Source: Lophium mytilinum
Lineage: Eukaryota
DNA length: 64,000 nt
Assembly (NCBI GenBank): GCA_010093605.1
Contig: MU004192.1
Span: forward strand, 194,882-258,881
Direction of reading: 5' to 3'
Part shown: piece by piece, positions 40,206 to 51,750 of the stretch
How the letters are laid out: each line of letters starts with the position of its first letter
How positions within the stretch are numbered: the stretch's first letter is position 1
Made by a program: the position numbers and the translations under genes
Notes under the pieces: generated by a model
What the model was told of the DNA's origin: nothing
Seen by the model: the letters and a program-made list of their open reading frames with translations, nothing else
Database searches by the model: none

Positions 40206-42889
40206 TAATAGCGCCTTAGTTCTAGTGCGATCTTTTATATGCACAGCTCTTAATCTTCCTAACTACTGCACGCGACTATATATCTACATTTTCCACCGGC
40301 TTTTAACCCCACCCCAACTACTACTTCTCTAGCCCTACTTTCCTTAGAAAATAAGCGGGCGGATAGAATATATACTCTATCGCCGGCGCCGGATACGCTT
40401 TAATCTAGTGTTACGGGGATAACCTAGCCCTTATATGCGCTAGTAATAGACGACTATCTACTATATAACAACGCGGTAGAGAGAGGGAAAATAAAGCTAC
40501 TTCTACTCTAATATCTCTAACTCTCCTTATAGCACTGCGTAAGATTATCTAGAATTATATAAGATTATCTATAATTATTATAGCGTGCCCCCCACATTCT
40601 TATATTCTAAAAGAGACTCTAGCCTATTTCTTTAAGTATATTTTAGGTTCCGTAACTGCCCCGCTAGATAGAGAGTATATATTCTTATTGCCTTCTAGCG
40701 CATAAGTATACTATAGGCTGGGTTGCAAAACAACAGTATTCTAACTCTTAAGGTTAGAAGTGTAATGGGAGAGACTATAAACGGAGGAGCGGCGACCTAA
40801 AATATAGGTAGAAGAAGTAAAGCGTACTAATATAGAGGGAAACAAGAGATATAGAAGAAGTAAATAGAAAGAAGGGGCTATAGAGGCGGTAGCGTTATAG
40901 CTATAATGCTAGAGGCTATTCTATAATATAGATATAAGAGACTACTGCTGGAGCTTATATTAGCAGTAGAATAGTTATATACTTTTTATTATTTGCGGAT
41001 AGTTATACACCGCAGCCCAACTCTTAAATAATAGGTCTTAGTAGCGACGTAGTAAGAGTCTACCTAAGAATATATTAAGTATCCTAATCGTAATTTGCAA
41101 GCCGGACCTAGCGCTAAATTATAGAATAGATAGATTATATCTTTTCCACCTATCCTCTATGCATCCGTTAAATCCACTTTTTAACTGCTACGGCCCTAAC
41201 TTTGCCGTACTAACTGTTTATGGGATGAAGATTAGACGTCCTAGCCTAAGTACTTACTATCCCTGCTTACTTCCACCCCCGCCTTGCACTGCTATAGAGA
41301 GGGAAGAGCGGCGAATAGAATTATTTTATAGCAGGACGTGGGCGGCATTATATACGGGGCACGTGTGTATTAGCTCTAGCACCGCTAAGGCTAATTAGGC
41401 AAAAGACACTATGGAACTAAATTATCAATAGTTTAAAATAATAGATAATAATTAAGTATTATTAGGCTGCGTAGTATATAGGTAAACTACTACTAGTCTA
41501 CGCAGTAATATTACCTGCGCTGGTAGTTTACGCAGACGTTGCGTAATTTGCGCGGTTTGCCGGAAGTTTGCGCCGTTCGCTGCCGAGCACTAACAGCCCT
41601 AACTTTTGCAGTTTCGGGTTTTCCTAATAAGTAGTAGTATAGTTTCCTCTACCGTAGTTACTACTAGAGAAGCTAAAGTAGCTAGTAGAGGTTTACCTAT
41701 AGTTCTAAACTTAGTCTAATAATATTATAGCTTAGCGGGTATAACTAGAGGGACTAGTCTAATAGATAGAGCTAGTTAAGAGGTAGTAGCTAATATCTAT
41801 AACTGGAATTAAGTTGCGCCTTAGAAGGGTAGGTTTATAGCCCTAATAAAATAAGGCTATAGACTATAATTAATCTATATTATATTATTATTATTATCTT
41901 TTATAAGAAGGTATTATAGGTTTAAGGCACCTTTTTAATATAATATAATACTAATACAGCGGGGGTTAATAGAAATACTATTAGCGTTACTAAATAGGCG
42001 TTTAGGGCATCTACCTAAGATAGAGTTACTAAACTATAGAGCTTTAGCGCGGTTAAAAGTATAGTAGTTAGGGTTAGCTATATAAGAAGATAGAAAAAGT
42101 TAGTATAGAAGAAAGAAAACTTAAAGAGGTAAGGTATTAAATTTATATATAAGGGCCTATTAAATTTAGATTATTTACTATATACGCCGGGTGCCTAGAA
42201 GGTTTAAGAGGGTAGTGCTAGTAGCACTAGTTACGCCTAGTTGCGGGACTACCTAGGGGGTTATAGTAAATAATAAGTTTAGTATTTATAAGGCGCGGGT
42301 AGTATATAGAAAATAAGTAGTATATAGAAAATAGGTAGTATATAGAAAATAGATAGTATATAGGTACTTATTCTATAATACTAGATATATACTTAGCTTA
42401 CTATTATTAATACTAAGCTTTCCGGGCGTTAGTCTCTATATAGTAATAGTAATTAATTAGTAATACTAGGCGCGCGCGCACTGTTATCTATACTAAGCTT
42501 TCCGGGCGTTAGTCTTTATTTAATAATAGTAATAGATAGAAGAAGAAGTTATAGAGCTGTTAAAGTAATTAATAAGAATTAGTAAGGACTTTCTAGGGTG
42601 CTACTACTACCCCTCTATTATAGGGGCTTATTGCGGAGCGTTTACTATAGTTATAAGATCTATTATCTAGCTTTACGCATAATAGCTAAATCGCTTTATT
42701 AGGGGCCTACGGCGCTACTAATAGAATACTATATTAGTATAGTCTTTATTAGGGGTCTATAACTCTACTAATAGTTACTATATAGAAAGGTATAGGTATT
42801 CTATAGCTTATTATAAGAGCGCACTCTATTATAGAAAATTTCTAGGGGTGCTTCTATTACTTCTAGAAGCTAGAAGGGTATTTATCTTA

Positions 42890-43089
42890 TATTAGGGCTT
42901 AAGGTTAAAACGTTAGAATTATTAAATTAAATAGTATTAATATTAATAAAAGATAAATATAAGAGAGAAAGAGGTTTCTAGAACGGATATTATAATAATC
43001 TAAAGGGCGGAGTAATATTTATCTATTCTATAGAGCCTTTATTATATAACCTCTAGTTATATATTATATATAATTATATAGCTATAATA
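42890..43089 (-). repeat. 5' LTR of Gypsy element 2 (200 bp)
   Basis: Same sequence and length as 7,846-8,045, differing almost only by transitions. Followed by TAACC. Confidence 0.95.
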
Positions 43090-45582
43090 TAACCTTATTA
43101 AATATAAGCCCTAGTAGTCTTTTAATAAGCTATTAGAGTCTACCCTTCTATAATAGGTATTAGCTAAGTTTTAAAATACTTTAAAAGTAAAGCTAAACTT
43201 ACTTTAGAATAAATAAGTCCCCTTACTACTCTACTAATAATATTCTATATAGAATCCTTAGTAGAGAGAAGAACTATCTAGATTATAAGCCTAAATATAT
43301 TTACTAAACTAATAGCCTTCTAAGAATATTCTTAAGTAGTAGTTGCAGGCCCTATAGATAGAAGAAGCCCTAGAATTCTTACTATAATCTACTCTTAAGC
43401 CTAAATACTATTTAAGAAGCCCTATAAAGTATAAAGTATAGCTATAGTTTTTATTTAAAATTAGTTTATTATTTCTAATATTACTAAGAAACCCTTAAAG
43501 TAGTATATTTCTTTAAGCTTTACTACTACCTTTAAACTTTAGGGGGTATTTAGTATAGTTTAGATAATTAGAAGCTATAGTATAGCGTTAGAAGGTTTAA
43601 GAAAGTAGAATAGAATTATTAAAGGCTATTAGCTATATATAGTATAGATTATAGAACCTCTAGACTATTAAAAGATTAATAATTAATATAAGTATAATAG
43701 TAACTAGATCTTATTAGCTTTATTAAGAGAAAAAGCTAAACTATTATTAGAAACTTACTATAGGCCTATAAGGCTTTATAAGCTAAGATACCTAAGAATT
43801 TATAAGAGCGCAGAACCTTATAACTATAGCTAGAGTCTAAAGAATTATTACCTCTATTTCTACCTCTTTCTAAATAAAGTAAGCTAGAGGCTATAGAACC
43901 TAGCTAGATATTAAGTAATATTATAATACTAACTTAGAGTAAAAAGAAGTAGCCTAGAAGCTAAAAGAGAGAGAGTTCTAATAAAAGAATTAATAAAGAA
44001 AGATAATAGTAATAAGAAGAAAAGCTATAAGAGTCTTTAATAAACCTTTAAAGATAAAAGAAGCTTAAACCTTAAAGAAGAAAGTTAAGTATAGAAAGAA
44101 GAGTATAAGAGTATTAAAAAGGCCTTATATATACTCTAGATTCTTAAATCTATTACTTCTAGATTACTACTTACTACTCTATAATATACTAATAGCTTCT
44201 TAAATCTATATAATATTATAAGCTTCTTACTAGATTATAAAAGACTTTATAAGATTTCTAATAAGCTATTATTAGCTATTATAGCTCTAATTATATATTA
44301 AAACCTAATGTGCGCTAGTATACTAATATTTATATTATTTTATAATTCCCTCTATTATAAATACTTTATAATCTCTTCTAATTCTTTCTTACTATTAAGC
44401 TATTAAATATTCTAATACCTCTATTATTTTCTACTAATATAGTAGTAGACCTCTAAAGAATTTTAAACCCCTCTTAGATAATATTACCTTAATATTACTA
44501 TCTACTAATGCACCTTTTATAGTATTATATACCCCTAGAAGCTTTAAAGCTTCTAAAGAAGCTAATAGCCTAATATACTAATAATATATAGTATAAAGTA
44601 GTAAGCGTAATATACTATTATAAATATAATTTAATAGTAAATTAGATCTAGAAGAGGAGAATATAGAATTTTTAATATATAGTTAATATTTAGATATTAT
44701 ATATATAATATATAAATCTACTATAGAAACGCTTTTCTATATAGATTTAGTATAATTAAGGCCTATATAGGCCTCTCTAATATATATATAGCCTAGCTAG
44801 ATTCCTATATAGAATTAATATCTATTATCCTCTAAATTCTTACATTACGTAATTAGAAATATTACACCTAAAGACTTTTAATCCGTTCGGTGCAGTAGAC
44901 GGAGTTTAAGAGCTTGCTTTTTATTCCAGGAGACAAAGACCCTGTTTAGTTTTCGTATCCTTCACATAAAAGAGTAGCATGAAGAAACGGGTAGTCGAGG
45001 ACCTAGACCTGTTGCAGAATTTCCTGTTCTCTCCGGATATCTCTAAGTTCTGGTGGAACTATAGAGAAGATATCTATGTCTTGCACCATACAGTTGCCCA
45101 TCTACACCAAAGAATGGAATCCGCTGAATATGTGCACATGTCTTATATCACAACAACGTACCCCGCGAAATCCTTGATCATCCCTTCTTGGAAGTTCACT
45201 TCGCCCTAATTCCAAGGAGAGCGCCCTGGACATTGGTGGGGCTCCCACGAGCTGAAAGGCTGTTCATTGCCTTTGTTAAGACTCATTAATACTTAGCGTA
45301 TCCATGCTGCAGGGGAAACCATGCCATTAGTTGGGCTATCGGGAAATTCTGTCGAGGTGGGATGGTGCGACAAAGGCGTAGAGATACTTGACAGAACCCT
45401 GTTATCTTTACAAGTTACAACTACGTAGAAATCTGATAGGAAGGATTATGTGAACGAGCTGTCGTGAGATCGTAGACTGGATGTCAAAATCGCCACGCCG
45501 TGGGTGGTGTCAATGTGGTTGAGACTGGACGAAAGCTGTCATTGGTATCCAAAATCTACTCTATTAACAAGACTAACCGCTA

Positions 45583-48500
45583 TCAATCGTCATCCTCATG
45601 CAATATCCTATCAATACCCAATTCACGTTCAATATCGTCATCTCTGTCATCGCCTGCAACCTCACTTTCTTCTCCTCCCCCTTCCTCGTCCTCTTCGTTC
45701 TGTTCATGATCCACGGCATCCCCCGCCATCTCCGCCGCATCGTCATCATACATCTCCTCTCCCTCAGCCCTCGCCCTTGCCCCAAGCACTCTCCCTCCAC
45801 CATCTCCACCATCCTCACCGCCCTCTTCTCGTCTCACTAGTTGCTTTTCCAACTCCCCAATCGTCCCCTTGGTCTTCAACTCATCTACCCACGACTGCTG
45901 CGCTTCTAGCCCACGTATGTCAACCTGATACTGCCACAAACCATTCCTCGCACAGAATGCTAGGAAAGCAGTCCAATTTTCGTCTTCCGCCAGCACCTCC
46001 GGATTACCGATGACGATGAGGCCGTGCTTGGCGCGAGTGAGAGCGACATTCATGCGTTTCGGCATGTTGATGAGGCCGAGAGCGCGAGAGACGTCGGAGG
46101 GGAGAAAGCGACGGCGGGCGCGGGTTGTACAGAGCTAACGAGCCAGTCAGTGAACGAATTCTGGAAGACGGATAGTGCAAAATGCGTAGACTCACAATGA
46201 CAACCCGACTCTCTAGGCCCTGAAAAGCTTCCGCTGGCCCGATGTTAACGTCCCATAGCTGATATGGTGGTTGGCGAATCAAAGCTCGCAACCGCCGCAC
46301 CTGAGCGTTGAAGGGGCTCATGATACAAATGTCCTGCTGCAGCACCATCCCTGTTTTGAGTAATTCTAGCGCGTAGTCGCACGCCATGCGCGCTTCAAGG
46401 GTGTTGTACCATCCGCCACCGTCTTGCTCGACCTCATCGAGACACGAATTGTATGCGAATAGGACAGGCCATTTGCGGCCCCGCCACCCGTTCCATGAGA
46501 GAAGAGAGTCTGTATCTGTGGCTTCGGGGATGAGAGTGTCATGATAGAATAAAGAGCTAGGAGTTGCTAAGATGGAGGGATGGGAACGGTAATTGCGGGT
46601 AAGATTTGTAAAAGAAGGACGAGCGATGGGGAGCATAGCTTTGGTAAGTACGGGTATTGAAGTACAGGACTTGGTATTGCTGCGAGCGAGGGGATGTTTA
46701 GAAAATACAGGGAGCGTGAAGAGACGTTCGAAGAGAGATGTTTCGATCGCTGCCGACTTAGAGGAGGTGCGAGGCCCCAACTGCTTTTGGTCACCGGCCA
46801 TGACAAATTGGGGGTCGAATGTGAGTTCAGTTGCGGGTGGTGGTGCAATGACAGTAAGAGGAATGAGTGCCTCGGGTTCGATAGCCTGAGCAGCCTCATC
46901 CATGAGTAGAGCACCCCAATGTGGCTCCCAAGCACCCTCAGCGGGACGATCAGGGTGTAGGGCGGAGTGTAAGCCTGTCCCAAGACTGTGGAGATCGTGA
47001 TTCGTAACCCTACCAGACACTAGAATCGCAGCATCTCTGCAAGTAGTGACGACGATCTCATATTTTAAAAGGGTCGGCATCGGAGGAATGTAGAACCTGT
47101 CCTCTTCGATGTGGGAGAACGGCATTAATGGCCCAGGAACCTCGGGGAACGACCTTGAAGGCCCATTCAGGCGAAGTAATTCATGCGGCTTGAGATGCTC
47201 ACTGAGCCGTAATGCTAGAGTATCTGCTGCTGGATCCGACGGAGCACATACTAGGATATGCTTCACTTTTGTTGTCGTGAGGAGTTGTAGTGCTGTTTCG
47301 ACAAGAGTTTTCGTCTTTCCAGTTCCTGGCGGACCAGATATAAGGAATGGGAGCGTGCCATATTCATTTCTGCATACGGAGTCGACGGTCTTGAGTTGCT
47401 CAAAATTGAGCTTTGCATCGAACATCCTCCTGCGGAAAGGTATGCTATGCAGCATTTTCTGCAGCACAGTGTGACTTTCATCCGGAAACAGCATCTTTCG
47501 TACCCATATGAGGTTTAGATTTGATTGCCGCTCACTTTCTGCTTTCCTCTTCTCTGCTTGACGTGACTCCGATCTATCTGCCGTTACCGTAGCCAGAGTC
47601 AAGTCCCGCGGGACACTAGGGCCGGTGGTCATTCGTGGTGGGAACATATTTGGGGGGAACATATAGGCGTCGGCCATGGCTATCGACGTCCTCAGCGCTT
47701 TGATCCGGTGTGGCTGTACTCGGAATATGACGTTAAATATCATGCTTTCGGGTACGAGCCCTTGGATTTCGAGGAATAACATCTCTTGAGCACGGTTTAT
47801 AGAGACAACCAAAGCGTTGTACTCGTAGCCCGTCCAACCAGGGCAAGGGAGACTTCTACTCGCTCCACCACCCGGAGCCAGCCACAGGCCCATCGCGGCT
47901 GGGTTGCCAAGGGAGTCAAGACGTAGCTGTCGAAGCTGGATATGGTCGCCCATCTCAATCATGGGGGTATCTTCTCGGAGGCCAGGTACATAGAGCTGGA
48001 ATACCCCATGCAAGGCGTCTACTACCGCGATGGGCACCTTGTAGAGAGCATAATTTTCATTTTCTCTTTGTTTAGCTTGAGCTTCTGTGTAGAGCAAATC
48101 TTCGAAACAAGCTTGATAGCTTGTCTTTCGCAATGGAATTGGTGTCTCGCCGGGACGACTTGGGGAAGTTTCATCTAGTCCACGTGGCGGGCGGGCGGGT
48201 AAAAATGCACTCCCTGCAAAGGTTCGGACGTAGGCATGGAAGTCAATTACGCGATTAGACTCCGTCTCGATGACAATGGCAGGCTGATCGTTGATCACAG
48301 TGAGTGTTTGTGGTACGAATGGTTTCGCATAAACATCGAATTCGAAACCGTCTCGTTCCTTCTTGGCGGAACTGATGGCCACGCTTGATATAGGAGTAGA
48401 ACTTCCATTTATTGGAAGTGTTTCACTTGCAGTATCATGAGTCCCGCTAATCTTAGGAGCATGGTTCTTCTTCCGTCGTCCAATACCATCGCGCGAGGAG

Positions 48501-48646
48501 GGTGGAGTAGGAAGCAGATCCGCCGCAACGGCTGGTGTCGGAGCAAGCTCTGGCTTTGTAGGGCCGGGAGCTACAATTGGAATGGACTTCGAGCCTTTGG
48601 GTATAACGAACTTGAAGTTGCCGCTGCGAGGAGGCTTGCTCGCCAT
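45583..48646 (-). CDS. MOV10/SDE3/Armitage-like Upf1-family (SF1) RNA helicase; 2 exons (48,646-46,196; 46,134-45,583)
   Basis: ISGPPGTGKTKTLVE, ILVCAPSDPAAD, LMDEAAQAIEPE, AGDQKQLGP, SLFERL, LTRNYRSHP, FQGLESRVVI, RMNVALTRAK. GTGAGT...CTGAC...TAG intron at 46,195-46,135 joins the two ORFs in frame. Acidic C-terminal tail. Confidence 0.93.
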
Positions 48647-51600
48647 CTTGATAGTGCACCGTCTAAGGCGGCCTAATTACACTCTCTGACGCGATTATTG
48701 GATGCCCTCTTTGGAATTTCGAAAGGACGTCAAAGCAGTGAAAGCAAAATTAGACAGCGGTAATTCTAGTTGGTGCCAGGTTTATCAACAAGGCTGAGAT
48801 TTTTAAGATTCGCTTGGAAACTTTTAAGTGACTCTCGGCTAGAAGAATATCTGAAGGTATTATAGCGAATGAAAATATAGATCTAGTGAAGTGCATCAAA
48901 CGATAATTTGAAGAGGGGAAGGTTCATGCCTGATGACGATGTGTTGTTGATGAATTAGGCGGAAGCAATGCGCGACCTCGCGATACAGGCAAGCTCGGGC
49001 CCACGCTAAGCTCTTTATGTGATCGTGTGCGGACGTGCTAGTTCACTAGAATAGTTTTCATGTGATCTCAGAGTGAAGCTCACCTTACAAACGTTCCAAA
49101 AGATTCGAGGTTACAGTGGTTTCTACAAAGCGTGCCAGGGCTTGGAAAGCAATAAAGTTATGGTTTTCTAGCGGGTATGTAGCAGGCGGACATGCGAGGG
49201 AAATACATCAAATGAACCTACTGCCGCTTCTAATTGAACATCATAAAAAGAAGGGAGAAAATGTTGTCACGATTAGCTGCTTCGAACTACTACAGATAGT
49301 GTGATACGCTCTGAGCGGTACTGGTTACTTTGCCATATGATGGGGCATGTTTACATCACGTGATCTAGTATGATTTCAACGTTCCTCCTTCCGCTTCTCG
49401 AGACTACGATCCATCAGCGACTTGAGAGTCGGAGTATGCCTTCGACAACGCTTAGCAGATTTAGCCTCTTTCCCACGCAGGTGAAATTCGGGCAACGCTG
49501 AAAGAATAGGTAGGCAGTTTAGTTTCTTTGTGTATCGGGCGCGTCGACAGACTGCTCCTTCGGCGCGTATGAAGGTCTTCTTTGAACAGCGTAGCTAACA
49601 TGAGTCCTGGGACATAGATCGAATAGCATTACCCATCACAATATCCTGTGCTCAAGCTTGCCTTCAAAATCCAAGTAGCCTCGTACAACATAGTATGCGT
49701 GCCACCAGGATCGCGCGAAGAAGGGGACCTTCGCCAGAGCGTCGGTTCGAATTGCATGTGCAGACAATGCGGATATGAAGAACGTAGAAGTGAAATAATC
49801 TGACTGGATCAATAGGCGTATAGTTAGTGGGTGCTTGACGACGCGACTAGACTGTTCTGGGTACGATATCAGCCTATTTCCATCCCTATCCCTAATCCGA
49901 GGCCTCATGTTCGCTATGATGTAGCCTTCGAGGATGATCAGAACGATACCGCACAGTTATCTTGAAACATACGACTTGCTTGAACTCTTCGCATATGACG
50001 ATGAGATCGACTGTCGTAATGAGATGGGATTATCAAGTATGCTGTGGAAGCGCGCTATCAAATAGTAGTATCTCGGTAAGCTTAAAGATATATGGGTACA
50101 TGGATAAGCGGTGAGTAGAATGTGCTTCATACGCTGAGTGTCTTATTCTTAGTACATCAACTTCTAAGGTAAAGGATATTTTCCGTACTCACGGGGGCCC
50201 ACTTGATGCGCTGCCATCTCAGAAAGAACCCCGATATCCCCGGCAGCTTTCCTACAACAAAGGTCCTTCAGCGCTGTCCCCCTTCTGTTTGCTCTTCAAG
50301 TGAAGGGAGTTGAGGTCCTGCCCGCACGGGCTCCTTCGCAGGACCTCCGAGCGCGGACATCTCTCCAGGGCTCTAATCAGTACCCAAAGATGCAATGAAG
50401 ACACATGCTAACGCGAGCCTCTAATGCGAACCTCATCTTCCTTATACCAACGTAGCCCGGCTTACTCACCCGCGCCCCCGATCGCTGTCTCGTGGCTTGT
50501 ACCCCCTCCATTCAGCTTCACGACGCCGACGACTCCACCTACACGTCACATCGGCACAGCCACCGGAATACCGCATACCGACTACCTCTTCGGCGTGGCC
50601 TCCCATGCCGACCCGTAGTATTGGGAGGACCCGGGCGAAAGGATACTACCTATTGTCATGGCGTCGTGAGTCTTGTGACTGTGGGGATTGGCCGGCCCAT
50701 GCTCCGAGGACGATGGAACTCTGTAGGGCTGGGATCGTATGCCGTTTTTGCTCCAACCGCGGGAAATTTCCGCTTTTGCGGAAAGCCGCTTGTGGCCTGT
50801 CAGGATCTTTACAGCATCGCAGTCAACCTGCAGAACTATCTAGGAATGATATCGGAATATCGAAACCGCATTGTGAGCTCCGAAGCTGTCGCCTCTAGAT
50901 GAGATGGCGACGCTAGCTATCGAACAAGTAAAAGTTCGGCCGAATATTCTTCTATCACAATAGTTTCAGAAGTGAGAAGCCCCTGCTTTGTAGTAATCAG
51001 ATCGAACCCCCCTTCATCGAATCACTCCGCCGATGTCGCTTCTACCGATGACTCTTCGTTTCCGGAGCCCTCTTGGTCACTTATTTGCTAGCTGCGGCAC
51101 CGAAAACTTGCGAAAGCACATTTTGGAAAGGTTGGAGCGAATACTTGCGACATCGCAGCCTTACCATTGCCGTGATAGGGCATGCCGTGTTTGGGAGACA
51201 AGCCGCAGATGGCAGCATGTGCCATTGCTGTCATGAGTGAGCATAGGCATGAGACCACGTCAAAGCCTCTCCACCGAACACCTCAGCCAGCAGTACGTAT
51301 TTGCCCGACCAATTCAACGCCTCGTTTTGCCGACGACAGCTGGACTGTCCCTCGAATGAAGACAGGGGAGAACTTTGGACCCTTCACAGCCCCCTTCGTG
51401 CCTGTGGTAAGCGGCGTCACACTCCAGCTCGGCTTGAGTCACGAAAGCTCGCCAGTTGGCCAGCGGATGCAACCGAGGCGAGTGAATGGGAGCTGCCAGC
51501 AAATCCGTCGTCGTTCGGGGCATAAAAGCCTTCCCTCGTTCCTCCAGACCTTCCTCTCGTTCAGCACAACTACACCAACACCGCACCAACTTTTCGCAGC

Positions 51601-51750
51601 ACCACCACAGCCTACACCAGCAACCGTCTTCACGCAGGCCGTGTCTATTTAGCCACTCCTTCTGCTCACCCTCTTATAACTTTGTTGACCCTCAACCCGG
51701 CCTTGACCTTTGTTTACCACCCTACTACCACTGGACGTCAACAGGCCAAC

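Larger units (their letters stand above)
15025..41629 (+). mobile_element. Giant (~26.6 kb) Plavaka/CACTA-like DNA transposon with multi-gene cargo
   Basis: Left end CATTAGGAATTTCTAAATT. Right end AGTTTCGGGTTTTCCTAATA (reverse complement TATTAGGAAAACCCGAAACT). AG flanks both ends. Removing the element restores the Gypsy gag frame. Internal Plavaka transposase at ~31,750-35,329. Confidence 0.85.
7846..43089 (-). mobile_element. Complete chromodomain Ty3/Gypsy element 2 (~8.6 kb own length), split by a 26.6-kb insertion in gag
   Basis: Two matching 200-bp LTRs with TSD TAACC at 7,841-7,845 and 43,090-43,094. Polypurine tract at ~8,046-8,065 (minus). Chromodomain ~8,630-8,830, integrase KLSTTFYPKIDR*IEITN (=KLSTAFHPETDGQTE) ~9,443-9,497, RNase H ~10,450-10,900, RT AYLNNILIF (=YLDD) ~11,280-11,305, protease ILIDSR (=DSG) ~12,590, zinc knuckle ~13,010-13,065. 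gag starts ~42,081. Confidence 0.93.
1..44870. other. RIP-mutated AT-rich transposon block (probable heterochromatin)
   Basis: Strong TpA excess and CpA/TpG depletion. TAA/TAG stops sit at positions where Gln/Trp are expected in recognisable TE proteins. Normal composition returns abruptly near 44,870. Confidence 0.97.

Noticed and set aside
16120..41398. Short ORF-track ORFs in the RIP block as functional genes
   Set aside because: They are stop-free fragments of larger RIP-broken genes or antisense shadows (e.g. 16,120-16,431, 22,274-22,537, 33,688-33,924, 35,065-35,313).
15025..41629. Starship element
   Set aside because: No tyrosine-recombinase captain recognised at either end. The only mobility gene seen is a Plavaka transposase, and the ends are inverted repeats with a 2-bp TSD.
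15025..41629. TET/JBP dioxygenase, KDZ transposase or Helitron Rep/helicase in the cargo
   Set aside because: Looked for because such genes accompany some fungal transposons, but no convincing motifs were readable. A weak RIP-obscured match cannot be excluded without HMM searches.
42300..42530. Short direct repeats (18-bp TAGTATATAGAAAATAxG x3; TACTAAGCTTTCCGGGCGTTAGTCT x2)
   Set aside because: They lie in the Gypsy 5' leader, where such repeats are ordinary.
48650..51750. Small ORFs in the 3.1-kb region between the helicase and the ORP1-like gene
   Set aside because: Overlapping ORFs in several frames with no recognisable motif or codon bias. More likely promoter/UTR sequence.
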